A stretch of DNA of 64,000 nt from an uncultured Thermoleophilia bacterium. GTDB taxonomy: Bacteria; Actinomycetota; Thermoleophilia; UBA2241. The notes beneath the pieces were generated by a model. It did not search any database. It was given only the letters and a program-made list of their open reading frames with translations, and was not told the DNA's origin. The position numbers and the translations under genes were made by a program. The stretch covers positions 26,349 to 90,348 of the forward strand of contig CAWIDR010000008.1 of NCBI GenBank assembly GCA_963834905.1, written 5' to 3'. Shown in pieces: positions 9,889 through 20,956 of this stretch (positions within the stretch are counted from its first letter, which is position 1; the number at the start of each line of letters is the position of its first letter).

Positions 9889-10861
9889 TCAGGCGCCGCC
9901 GCCCAGACCCACGGCGTCGAGCGCCGGGTCGCGTGAGCGAGGCGGCCGCCTCGATGTCGAGGCGCATCTGGACGACGAGCGCGTCGACACTGTCGAAGCG
10001 CCGCTCGTCGCGGATCTTGTGGAGGAAGTCGAGCCGGATCTCACGCTCGTAGATGTCCCCCGAGAAGTCCAGAAGAAACGCCTCGACGGTCACGTGAGTC
10101 GTCGGCTCGTCGCGGCTCTGGAAGGTCGGGTTGTGGCCGATGTTGACCGCGGCGCGGTACCAGGACCCCGCCACATGGGCGCGGGCGGCGTAGACGCCGC
10201 GGCCCGGGAAGATCGTGCCCGCCTCGACGTCGACGTTGGCGGTCGGCACGCCCAGCGTGCGGCCGCGCTGGTCTCCGTGGGCGACGAGGCCGGCGGCCGA
10301 CGGCGGCCGGCCGAGGATCTCCCGCACCTCCTCGAGCTCGCCGTCGTGCAGCAGCCGCCGGATGCGGGTGGAGCTGATGGGCTCGCCGTGCTCGGTGACC
10401 AGCGGGCAGACCTCGACGTCGTAGCCGTTGGCCGCGCCGCAGGCGCGCAGCCGCGCCGCGTCGCCCGCCCCGCGGGCGCCGAAGTTGAAGTTCTCGCCGA
10501 CGACGACTGCCTTGGCGTCGAGTCCGTCGGCCAGCAGTCCGGCGCAGAACTCAGCCGGTGTGAGCGCCGCCATCTGCTCGTCGAACGGCAGCATGATGAG
10601 CTCGTCCGGGCCGAGGTCCGCGATCAGCCGCACCTTCTCCTCGTTGGAGGTGAGGAGGCGCGGCACCCGGGTGGGATCGACCACCGAGAGCGGGTGCCGG
10701 TCGAACGTGACCACCGCGCACGTCAGGCCGCGCTCGCTGGCGAGCTCGACGGCGCGGCCGATCACCGCCCGGTGCCCGGCGTGCACGCCGTCGAACGTGC
10801 CCAGCGCGAGCGCACGGGGGCGCGACGGCAGCGACGCGATGTCGGAGACGACCTGCATCAC
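9889..10861 (-). CDS. ribF: bifunctional riboflavin kinase / FMN adenylyltransferase; no in-frame stop as sequenced
   Basis: [17 protein letters not shown] marks the FAD synthetase part, and [15 protein letters not shown]...NIGHNPTF marks the riboflavin kinase part. The frame runs straight into rpsO. An insertion-type step near ~9930 would give ...[16 protein letters not shown] at 9891..9889. The C-terminal boundary is therefore inferred. Confidence 0.82.
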
Positions 10862-11769
10862 ACCTTGACGAGCAGCTTCAGGGCGTTGCCCTCCTCGGCC
10901 GGCCCGTAGATGGCGATGAGCTCGCCGCGGAAGGTGAGGCGCACCGGCTCCTGCGGGCCGCCGGGCAGCCGGGCGCCGTTGCGCACGGCGGTCACCTGGG
11001 CGGCCGAAAGCTCGATGCCGGGCATGAACTGCAGCGCCACGGCCGGCGGGATGAGGCCGGGGATGTGCTCGTCGCCGGCCTCCCGCTCCTCGATCGCCGC
11101 TTCGAACTCCGCCAGCGTCTGGGCCTCGTCCAGCAGCAGGTCGCCCACCGCGGTGCGCGAGAGCTGCTCGAGGTGGGCGCCGGCGCCGACGGCCTCGCCC
11201 AGGTCGATGGCCAGTTGCCGCACGTAGGTGCCCTTGGAGCAGGCGATGCGGCAGCGCATGGTCTGCGCGGCCTCATCGAAGTCGAGCACGTCGATGGCCT
11301 CGATCTCGACTTCCTTGACCGGCGTCTCGACGACCTCGCCGCGGTGCGCCTTCTTGTAGAGCCGCTCGCCGTCGACCTTGACCGCCGAGGTCATGGGCAC
11401 GCTCTGCATGATGTGCCCGAGGAACTCCGGGATGGCGGCGTCGACGGCGGCGCGGGTCGTGGCGACGCCCGTCTCCGTGAGGTCTCCGGTGAGGTCGCCG
11501 GTGTCCGAGCGGACGCCGAACCTGACCGTGCACTCGTACTCTTTGGGCAGGTCGACGAAGAACCGCGCGAGCTTGGTCGCGCGACCGGCGAGCACGACCA
11601 GCAGGCCGGTCGCGAACGGGTCGAGCGTCCCCGCGTGGCCCACCTTCTTGACGTTCGGGCGCAGGTTCCGTCGAACGCGGGCGACGACGTCATGGGACGT
11701 GAAGCCCTCCGGCTTGTCGATCAGGAGGACGCCGTCGAGAGGCGTCTTTCGAGTTCGGAACTGAGCCAC
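10858..11769 (-). CDS. truB: tRNA pseudouridine(55) synthase
   Basis: These are the last 303 codons of ORF 10858..13296, starting at GTG 11769. Motifs: [22 protein letters not shown]...[24 protein letters not shown]. The gene is intact. Confidence 0.92.
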   Translation of the reverse strand: MAQFRTRKTPLDGVLLIDKPEGFTSHDVVARVRRNLRPNVKKVGHAGTLDPFATGLLVVLAGRATKLARFFVDLPKEYECTVRFGVRSDTGDLTGDLTETGVATTRAAVDAAIPEFLGHIMQSVPMTSAVKVDGERLYKKAHRGEVVETPVKEVEIEAIDVLDFDEAAQTMRCRIACSKGTYVRQLAIDLGEAVGAGAHLEQLSRTAVGDLLLDEAQTLAEFEAAIEEREAGDEHIPGLIPPAVALQFMPGIELSAAQVTAVRNGARLPGGPQEPVRLTFRGELIAIYGPAEEGNALKLLVKV

Positions 11770-12692
11770 GCGATCACCTCCTCGGTGCTGTCGTCGCTGG
11801 AGAACCCGGCGGCCAGCTTGTGGCCGCCCCCGCCCTGCAGGGCGGCGATGGCGCTGACGTCGATGGTGTCCGAGCGCAGGCTGACGCGCACGGGCGCGCC
11901 GCCCGTCTGTTCTTTGACGAGGGCGGCGACCTCGACCCCGTCGACGCCGCGCAGGCTGTCGACGATGCCGTCGGTCTCCTCGGGTCCGGCGCCGGTCTCG
12001 GAGAAGTCCTCGCGCGTGACGGCGGCGAGCAGCGCGCGGCCGCCGGCCACGGAGCTGGCGCCGGCGACGGCACGCGCCCAGAGGCGCAGCGACGCCGCCG
12101 AGCGTCTCTCGTAGAGCAGCGCGTACATGCCGGTGACGTCCACGCCCAGCTCGACCAGCCAGGCCGCGGTCCGGAACGTGGACGGCGACGTGCTGTCGTG
12201 GTGGAAGTGGCCGGTGTCGAACGAGATGCCCGCGTACAGGGCAGCGGCGGCCTCCGGGGAGGGCCGCAGCCCGAGCGCGCGGGCGATGTCGCACACGAGC
12301 TCGCTCGTGCTGCTGGCGTCGCCGCGCACGAAGGCGAGCTCGCCGTAGCGCGGGTTGTCGTGGTGGTGGTCGATGTTGACGGCGACGTCGCCCCAGCTGG
12401 GAAGCGCCAGGCGGTCCGGGCTCCCGGAGTCGAGCGCGTACAGTGCGGCGTCGGCCGGCGGGGCGCCGCGACGGACGCGTCCGGCCGGGAGCAGGACGTC
12501 GCCGAGCGGCAGCAGTTCGTCCTCGGAGACGTAGAGCTCGGCGTCGGCGCCGAGCTGCGCGAACAGGTCGAGCATGCCCGCCGCCGCGCCGAGCGCGTCG
12601 GAGTCGGGCTTCTCGTGGACGGCGAGCGCCACGCGGCCCTCGCCGCGCATGCGCCGGCACAGCTCGTCGAGGTCGGCGGCGAGCGCCTTCAC
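11721..12692 (-). CDS. nrnA: DHH/DHHA1 phosphoesterase (NrnA/CnpB-like oligoribonuclease)
   Basis: GTG 12692 overlaps the inferred rbfA stop (GTGA). Motifs: RVALAVHEKPDSDALGAAAGM, NIDHHHDNPRYGE, GGGGHKLAAGFS. The rbfA-nrnA-truB position is typical of actinobacteria. Confidence 0.85.
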   Translation of the reverse strand: MKALAADLDELCRRMRGEGRVALAVHEKPDSDALGAAAGMLDLFAQLGADAELYVSEDELLPLGDVLLPAGRVRRGAPPADAALYALDSGSPDRLALPSWGDVAVNIDHHHDNPRYGELAFVRGDASSTSELVCDIARALGLRPSPEAAAALYAGISFDTGHFHHDSTSPSTFRTAAWLVELGVDVTGMYALLYERRSAASLRLWARAVAGASSVAGGRALLAAVTREDFSETGAGPEETDGIVDSLRGVDGVEVAALVKEQTGGAPVRVSLRSDTIDVSAIAALQGGGGHKLAAGFSSDDSTEEVIAWLSSELERRLSTASS

Positions 12693-13146
12693 GCCTCGTC
12701 CTCGCCGGAGGTCTCGCCGGCTTCGGCAGTCGGCCTCGGCCGGCGCGGGCGCATCCGGGTCGTCCACGCCGGGGACGAGGATCTCGTGCGGCTCCTCGCC
12801 CAGCACCTCCGCCTCGCGCTTGAGCGCGCGCTCGATACGCAGGGCGTTGTCGAGCGTGTCGTCGTAGAAGAAGTGCAGCTGCGGCGTGCGCTTCATGTGG
12901 ACCGAGGCGTTGATCTTGCCCTGGAGGAAGCCGCGCGACTTCTCCAGCGCCGTCATGGTCAGGTCGCGCTCCGTGGCGCTTCCGAGCACGCTCACGAAGA
13001 CCTTGGCGTGCCGCAGGTCCGACGACGTCTCGACGCCGGTCACGGTCACGAACCCGATGCGCGGGTCCTTGAGTCCCTCCGCGGTGATGACCGAGGAGAG
13101 CGTTTCCTTGATGCTTTCGTTGATCTTCAGTAAGTCGATGTCCCAT
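12689..13146 (-). CDS. rbfA: ribosome-binding factor A, fused to both neighbours as sequenced
   Basis: The gene starts at ATG 13146. Dropping one base at ~13131 gives MGHRLLKINESIKETLSSVITAEGLKDPRIGFVTVTGVETSSDLRHAKVFVSVLG...KRTPQLHFFYDDTLD. A second insertion-type step (~12740) in the acidic tail reaches ...TAEAGETSGEDEA-TGA at 12691..12689. Confidence 0.85.
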
Positions 13147-13440
13147 ACCGTATCCACTGGGTCGGCTGTCTTGAGCAGCACGCGCGCGACCTCGAAGGCC
13201 TGCGCGTGAAGATAGCGATCGATATCGTCGAGGCGCTCGCGGGTCTGCTGGAGCGAAGAAGCGGCGATCACCACGAGCACCCGCGCCCGCTGCCACGCAT
13301 CCTGCAGTCCTACCTCGCTGAACGAGGCGCGAAACCGGGACTGCAGCACGTCGCGCAGCGAAGCCAGCGGCGCGCGCTTGTCCTTCAGCGTCCGTGCTTC
13401 AGGGAAGTGCAGCTCCGCGAGATAGACGCCGAGGCAGGCG

Positions 13441-13451
<11 letters not shown>
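13127..13451 (-). CDS. DUF503 (YlxP-like) protein
   Basis: The protein reads MKHDACLGVYLAELHFPEARTLKDKRAPLASLRDVLQSRFRASFSEVGLQDAWQRARVLVVIA... It has the size and the infB-rbfA position typical of DUF503. The stop TGA 13129..13127 comes into frame only if the extra base at ~13131 is removed. Confidence 0.72.
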
Positions 13452-15524
<2,073 letters not shown>

Positions 15525-15529
15525 TCACC

Positions 15530-15802
15530 TCACCGCCTTTCGTCGTTCCCCGGTCGTGCGAAGACCGCACGCACCGCGGGATCGAGAGTCACCGGGCCGC
15601 GGAAGGCGCGCGCGAACGCGCGCTTCTTCTCCGCGGCCTCGAGACAATTCTCTTCTGGACACAAATAGGCGCTCCTGCCGGGAGCGCCGGGCCGGGCCTT
15701 GACGACTCGCCCGTGCTCGACCACGAGCCGTACGAGCTCGTCCTGGCCGCGCTTGCGGCGACAGCCGACGCACGTCCTCTCCGGCGTCGCCACGGCGATC
15801 AC
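15530..15802 (-). CDS. ylxR: YlxR/DUF448 family RNA-binding protein
   Basis: Intact 90-aa ORF with the [21 protein letters not shown] motif. It sits in the conserved position between nusA and infB. Confidence 0.85.
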   Translation of the reverse strand: MIAVATPERTCVGCRRKRGQDELVRLVVEHGRVVKARPGAPGRSAYLCPEENCLEAAEKKRAFARAFRGPVTLDPAVRAVFARPGNDERR

Positions 15803-17107
15803 TCCTTGTTCGCCTCCGTGGCCTCGGCCGGCTCACCGGCGTCTGCCGGCGTCTTGGCGGCCTCTGAGGCCGCCGCAGCTGCCGGCTCGGCCGGCACGTA
15901 GTCGGCGTGGATGCTGCAGTAGCGAGAGCCCGGCTCGGCCTGGTTGGGGCAGCGCTTGCCGGTGCGCATGATCGCCATGCACTGGCCGTCCACGCCTTCT
16001 TCGTCGCTGAACTCGAGGCTGTTCTCGGCCTCGGCCATCTGCTGCTGGCTCTTGATGTCGATGCGCCAGCCGGTGAGCTTGCTCGCCAGCCGGGCGTTCT
16101 GGCCTTCTTTGCCGATGGCCAGCGACAGCTGGTCGTCGGGGACGATGATCGTGGCCGTCTTCTCCTCGTCGTCGACGATGACCTCACGCACGCGAGCGGG
16201 CGAGAGAGCCTTGGCGACGAACCTGGCCGCGTCTTCGTTGTAGGGGATGATGTCGATGCGCTCGCCGCGCAGCTCGCTGACCACCATGCGCACGCGCGAG
16301 CCGCGCGGGCCCACGCAGGCGCCGACCGGGTCGACGCCGTCGGCATGTCGAGATGACGGCGATCTTGCAGCGGCCGGGGACGGGCTTGCCGTCGCGGCCG
16401 CGGTAGCCGGTCTCGCGCGCCACCTGGCGGATCTCGACCAGGCCGTCGGCGATCTCCGGGACCTCGAGCTCGAACAGCTTGCGCACGAGCTCCTCGCTGC
16501 GGCGCGAGAGCTTGACCTGCGGCCCCTTGGCCGACTCCTCGACGCGGATGATCACGGCCTTGATGCGCGCGCCGTGCTCGTAGTGCTCGGTCTCGATCTG
16601 CTCGCCGCGCGGCAACTCGGCCTCGACGCGGCCGAGCTCGACCAGCGTGTTGTGGCGCGGGTCGCTCTGCTGCACGATGCCGGTGACCAGCTCGCCGACG
16701 CGGTCGATGTACTCGTCGTACATGAGGTCGCGCTCGGCCTCGCGGATGCGCTGCAGGATGACCTGCTTGGCCGTCATCGCGGCGATGCGGCCGAAGTCGT
16801 CCGGGGTGACCTCGATGCGCTCGACCTCGCTCATGTCGACGCCGCTGAGGTCGAGGCCCACCTCTTCCCCGGTCTCCTCGTCGAGGACCTTGAGGGACTC
16901 GGTGTCGATGTGGTCCGGGAAGATGAGCTCGAAGACCCGCATGTCGCCGGTCTCCGTGTCGATCTCCACCGCGGCGTACTCCGCCGCGTCGGGCGACTTC
17001 TTGTAGGCGGACAGCAGCGCGTCCTCGAGAGCCTCGACAAGAGCCTCGAAGGCGATGCCCTTCTCGCTCTCGATCTGGCGCAGAGCCTCGATGATCTCTC
17101 TACTCAC
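15799..17107 (-). CDS. nusA: transcription termination/antitermination factor NusA with Cys/His-containing C-terminal extension; frame broken once as sequenced
   Basis: GTG 17107 gives [23 protein letters not shown]..., followed by the S1 and KH regions. The junction is at ~16348 (KIAVIS | [34 protein letters not shown]) and is insertion-type. The tail carries [27 protein letters not shown]. Confidence 0.9.
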
Positions 17108-17561
17108 GTTGGCCTCCGTCGGTTTCAAAGTTGTAGACCACGTGGGCCTTTCCGAGGGCATCGAGAGGCAGCGTGGCGCTGCTCCCGCCCTCGAGGGTGA
17201 GGGTGATGGACTGGTCGTCGGCCCCCGCGAGGATGCCGCGGAAGTTGCGGCGGCCCTCGATGGGCCGTGTCATGGTCACCGCGACTTCGCGGCCGAGCTG
17301 CGCGGCGAAGTGCTGCGGCTTGCGCAGCCGCCGGTCGAGGCCGGGCGACGACACCTCGAGCGCGTAGCGCTCACGCAGCTCCTCGAGCGACAGACTCACC
17401 GCCGCCAACAGGTCGAGGTCCACCCCGCCCGGCCGGTCGATGAACAGCGTCAGGATCGGCGGCTGACCGCGGACCTCGAAGTCAACGAGCTCGACGTCGG
17501 GGTGCCGCTCGGTGAGCGCAGCTTCGATGACGGCTTCCAGTTCTTCTCTCTTCTCCCTCAT
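17100..17561 (-). CDS. rimP: ribosome maturation factor RimP
   Basis: ATG 17561 is the internal Met 74 of ORF 17100..17780. The sequence reads MREKREELEAVIEAAL...YALEVSSPGLDRRLRKPQHF. An AGGGG SD lies upstream, and the gene sits directly upstream of nusA. Confidence 0.88.
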   Translation of the reverse strand: MREKREELEAVIEAALTERHPDVELVDFEVRGQPPILTLFIDRPGGVDLDLLAAVSLSLEELRERYALEVSSPGLDRRLRKPQHFAAQLGREVAVTMTRPIEGRRNFRGILAGADDQSITLTLEGGSSATLPLDALGKAHVVYNFETDGGQRE

Positions 17562-17579
17562 ACCGACCCCTAACACGAG

Positions 17580-17603
17580 AAAAGTCGGTTGCCACCGACT
17601 TTT
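17580..17603 (-). promoter_or_regulatory. terminator-like hairpin with U-tract in the rimP-nusA 5' leader (candidate attenuator)
   Basis: On the minus strand the sequence is aaaagtcgg-tggcaa-ccgactttt followed by ctcgtgtt. This is a perfect 9-bp stem lying between the predicted promoter and the rimP ATG. Confidence 0.55.
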
Positions 17604-17644
17604 GACGCAAGAGTCCGCCTCGTGGTGTGTTGTACAGCCGTAAG

Positions 17645-17674
17645 AGTATAGCACCGGCTTCGAGAGGCGTACAA
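17645..17674 (-). promoter_or_regulatory. sigma-70/SigA-type promoter of the rimP-nusA-infB operon
   Basis: On the minus strand, TTGTAC (17674..17669) is followed by an 18-nt spacer and TATACT (17650..17645). This is an AT-rich patch in otherwise GC-rich DNA, ~85 nt upstream of the rimP ATG. Confidence 0.55.
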
Positions 17675-17751
17675 GGCAGCCCACGCTCAGGCCGTGCCCG
17701 TTTCTGCCGATAGGGAGACTGACAGTCGGCAGACCGGGCGAGAGGCAGGCG

Positions 17752-18037
17752 ATGGGCGAGTACACCACGTTCGAGTGCACCCAGTGCGAGCTACAAGGCC
17801 GAGCGCATCCGCTGGGGCGTGAGCGTGTATGACCCTCGCAAGCGGTTCATGCCCGGCTACTGCGTGGAGTGCGGGACGATCGTCGAGGTCGACATGACCG
17901 GCGCCGACATCCACGTGGACGAGTTCCGCTGCGTGGTCTGCGGCAGCGAGCTCTTCTTCCTCGAGAAGGCCGCCTCCTACACGTGCCCCAAGTGCAAGGC
18001 GCACGACATGAAGCTGCACCAGGGAGAGTACTGGTAG
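17752..18037 (+). CDS. small cysteine-rich protein with four CxxC pairs (two predicted zinc ribbons), frame broken once as sequenced
   Basis: ATG 17752, preceded by the SD-like agaggcagg, opens MGEYTTFECTQCE. An insertion-type step at ~17791 then joins ORF 17819..18037: YKAERIRWGVSVYDPRKRFMPGYCVECGTIVEVDMTGADIHVDEFRCVVCGSELFFLEKAASYTCPKCKAHDMKLHQGEYW. Confidence 0.6.
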
Positions 18038-18052
18038 AAGCGGCGGCCGGCG

Positions 18053-18848
18053 CTACTTGACGATCTCGACCGGGCTGCCCGTCGGCACGAGCCTGCTCAC
18101 CTCCGCACGTCCTTGTTCTGCATGCGCACGCACCCGTGGCTGATGGCTTTGCCGATCAGCCACGGCTCGTTGGTGCCGTGGATGGCCACCGGCCCGCCCT
18201 GCGCCCAGTAGGCAGCTTGGGCTGGAACGCGCTGATGCCGATCGCCAGCACGCCGTAGGCGCCCGTCAGGCGTCGGCGGCCGGAGCTTCTGGTTGATGAA
18301 GTAGGACCCGGTAGGCGTGCTCAGGCCCGGCTTGCCGACCGCGACCGGGAAGGTACTTCACCAGAAGCTCCCCGCGACGGTAGACGCAGAGCTTGCGCTC
18401 GGAGAGGTCGATCGATGATCTTGGCGGTCGTGGTGTAGAAGGCCAGCTTGCCTTCCGGCACCCAGCCCTGGCTCTCGTTGGGCGGCACCGCCAGCCAGAC
18501 GCGGTACCAGACCCTGCCGCCGACCTCCTTGGTGGAGTCCACCAGCACGAGCATCGGGTAGCCGGTCTGGTTGCATTGCCCAGCTTGGCCTGCACCGGCG
18601 CGGACGTGCTCGGCGCGCGTGTAGACGGTGAGCGGGCCCGACGGCCTTGCCGACCGTCCAGCGGTCGTACTGCGGCGCGACCGTGCCGGGCGGCGGCCGG
18701 CGTCGGCTGTGGCCACCGGCGCCAGCGCCTGGCCGGTGCCCGATCCCTGGGCCCGGGCGCGGACGGCGGCGTACCCGCCGAGGGCCGCCGCGAGCACGAC
18801 GGCGAGGCCGGCGACCAGGAGCAGGATGTCGCGCACGCGTGAGTTCAT
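18053..18848 (-). pseudogene. L,D-transpeptidase (YkuD family) with at least 7 frame breaks
   Basis: The fragments, in order, are as follows. (1) MNSRVRDILLLVAGLAVVLAAALGG (TM segment). (2) PPPGTVAPQYDRWTVGKAVGP. (3) LTVYTRAEHV...TGYPMLVLVDSTKEVGGRVWYRVWLAVPPNESQGWVPEGKLAFYTTTAKII. (4) DLSERKLCVYRRGELLVKY. (5) FPVAVGKPGLSTPTGSYFINQKLRPPTPDG. (6) AYGVLAIGISAFQPKLP. (7) YWAQGGPVAIHGTNEPWLIGKAISHGCVRMQNKDV. (8) EVSRLVPTGSPVEIVK-TAG. Confidence 0.8.
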
Positions 18849-18959
18849 CGGTCCAAGGATAGTGAGCCGCTCCAACAGGTACAAACGAGCATATGGTCGA
18901 TTCCCTGTCAGTGGCGTACACTAATACGCACGTAGTGGCAGCAACGAAAGGAGCTCCGG

Positions 18960-19520
18960 TTGATCGCCGTCATCGTCCTCATCGTCATCGTGGTCGTGGT
19001 CGTGGCCGTGCTGGCGGGGATGTACAACAGCCTCGTCAGGCGCCGCAACCAGGTAGACAACTCGTGGAGCCAGATCGACGTCCAGCTCAAGCGCCGCCAC
19101 GACCTCATCCCCAACCTGGTCGAGGCCGTCAAGGACTACATGTCCTACGAGCAGGAGACGCTCACCAATGTCACCAGGGCCCGCGCCGCCGCCATCGACG
19201 CCGGCAAGCAGGGCCCGCAGGCGGTGGCGGAGGCGGAGAACGCGCTCACCGGCACCCTCAAGAGCCTGTTCGCGGTGGCGGAGAACTACCCCGACCTGAA
19301 GGCCAACCAGAACGTCATGCAGCTTCAGGAAGAGCTGACCTCGACGGAGAACAAGATCGCCTTCGCGCGGCAGTTCTACAACGACAGCGTGCTCACCTAC
19401 AACAACAAGATCCAGATGTTCCCCTCCAACCTCATCGCCGGGATGTTCAACTTCACGACGCGGCAGTTCTTCGAGGTCCCCGAGGCCGACAAGGCCGTCC
19501 CGACCGTCGACCTGAGGTAG
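18960..19520 (+). CDS. lemA: LemA family membrane protein
   Basis: Intact 186-aa ORF with a TTG start and an AAAGGAG SD. It has an N-terminal TM segment followed by [34 protein letters not shown]...[10 protein letters not shown]. Confidence 0.9.
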   Translation: MIAVIVLIVIVVVVVAVLAGMYNSLVRRRNQVDNSWSQIDVQLKRRHDLIPNLVEAVKDYMSYEQETLTNVTRARAAAIDAGKQGPQAVAEAENALTGTLKSLFAVAENYPDLKANQNVMQLQEELTSTENKIAFARQFYNDSVLTYNNKIQMFPSNLIAGMFNFTTRQFFEVPEADKAVPTVDLR

Positions 19521-19548
19521 GCAGGCGGCCCGTCGGCCGCGGACCGGC

Positions 19549-20550
19549 ATGTACGAACAGATCGCCAAGAACCGCCGCGCCTCCTGGCTTCTGGCGGGAC
19601 TCGTCGTGGCCCTGCTGGCCATGCTCGGCTTCGCCATCGGCTACGCGACCATGGGCAGCACGTCCGGCGGCATCGGGCTGCTCGGCGTGTTCGGCATCGT
19701 CGCCATCGCCTGGAGCATCATCGGCTACTACACGGGCGACAAGATCGTGCTCACCGCGAGCGGCGCCCATCAAGGTGACCCACGCGGAGGCGCCGCAGCT
19801 CTACAACGTCGTCGAGGAGATGACGATCGCGGCCGGCCTGCCGCAGGTGCCGGCCGTGTACATCCTCGACGAGGCCTCCCCCAACGCGCTCGCCACGGGG
19901 CGCGACCCTCAGCACGCCTCCATCGCGGTCACCCGCGGGCTGCTCGAGCGCCTCGACCGCGAGGAACTCCAGGGCGTCGATCGCGCACGAGATGTCGCAC
20001 ATCCGCAACTACGACATCCGCTTCGAGACGCTCGTCGGGATCCTCGTCGGCATGATCGCGCTGATCGCCGACTTCTTCCTGCGCTGGAGCTTCTGGGGCG
20101 GCATGGGCCGCCGCCGCGGGAGCAGTTCGGGCGGCGACCAGGCGGGGGCGATCCTGGCGATCGTCGCCATCGTGCTCGCCATCCTCGCGCCGCTGGCCGC
20201 CTACGCGGTGCAGTTCGCGGTGTCGAGGCGGCGCGAGTACCTGGCCGACGCCTCGGCCGTCGAGCTCACGCGCAACCCGCTCGGCCTGGCTCGGGCGCTC
20301 ACCCGCATCGCCTCGGACCCGGCCCCCCTGCGCCACGCCAACCGGGCGACGGCGCACCTCTACATCGCCAACCCGCTCAAGAAGACCAAGCGAGGTCACC
20401 GGCGTCTTCGACACGCACCCGCCCATCCAGCAGCGCATCGCCGTCCTTCTGGAGATGGCCCACGTCGGGCCGGACGCGCTGGCGGCGGCGGGGGCGGACC
20501 CGGCCGCCCCGGGCCCGCAGGCGCCGGATCCTCCCGCGCCGCCCGGCTGA
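19549..20550 (+). CDS. htpX: M48 family zinc metalloprotease (HtpX-like), frame broken 3 times as sequenced
   Basis: Four fragments make up the gene. The first is MYEQIAKNRRASWLLAGLVVALLAMLG...DKIVLTASGA. The second is PIKVTHAEAPQLYNVVEEMTIAAGLPQVPAVYILDE...ELQGV. The third is IAHEMSHIRNYD (HExxH)...EYLADASAVELTRNP...ANPLKKTK. The fourth is EVTGVFDTHPPIQQRIAVLLEMA...-TGA 20550. The junctions at ~19765, ~19979 and ~20392 are all insertion-type. Confidence 0.85.
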
Positions 20551-20557
20551 GATCGCT

Positions 20558-20945
20558 CAGTCGACGCCGTCGAGGTGCTGCCGGTAGGTCTCGCTCTGAG
20601 GGTGCAGGGCGCGGGCCAGCCGCAGGTGTCCCCGCGCCTCTTCCCCGCGCCCCATGGCCTTCAGGCAGCGGGCGAGCGCGTAGTGCGCGTAGTCGCAGTC
20701 CGGCACGTCGTCGACGACGGCGCCGAACAGCTCGGCCGCCTGCTCGAAGTGGCCGACGCGAACTGCGCCCGCCCGAGCGTCTCCCGGATCGAGTTGCGCC
20801 CGGGCTCCAGGCGAAGCGCCCGCGACAGATACATGGCGGCCTGCGCGGGGTGCCCGTCCTCGAGGAAGTCGACCCCGCGCCGGAACAGCGTGTAGGCCTC
20901 GCTCTCGGCGCAGAAATCGGGGGTGGGACGGTCGGACGGCTCCAC
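20558..20945 (-). CDS. small tetratricopeptide-repeat protein, frame broken once as sequenced
   Basis: GTG 20945 opens ...EAYTLFRRGVDFLEDGHPAQAAMYLSRALRLEPGRNSIRETLGRAQF. After the junction the sequence is VGHFEQAAELFGAVVDDVPDCDYAHYALARCLKAMGRGEEARGHLRLARALHP...LDGVD-TGA 20560..20558. The junction is at ~20757. Confidence 0.6.
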
Positions 20946-20956
20946 GCGCAGGTTCC

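Noticed and set aside
18960-20550. The lemA plus M48 protease pair as a possible novel two-gene system.
   Set aside because: LemA adjacent to an HtpX/M48-type or related membrane protein is a widespread, already catalogued gene pair. Nothing here distinguishes it beyond the frame breaks.
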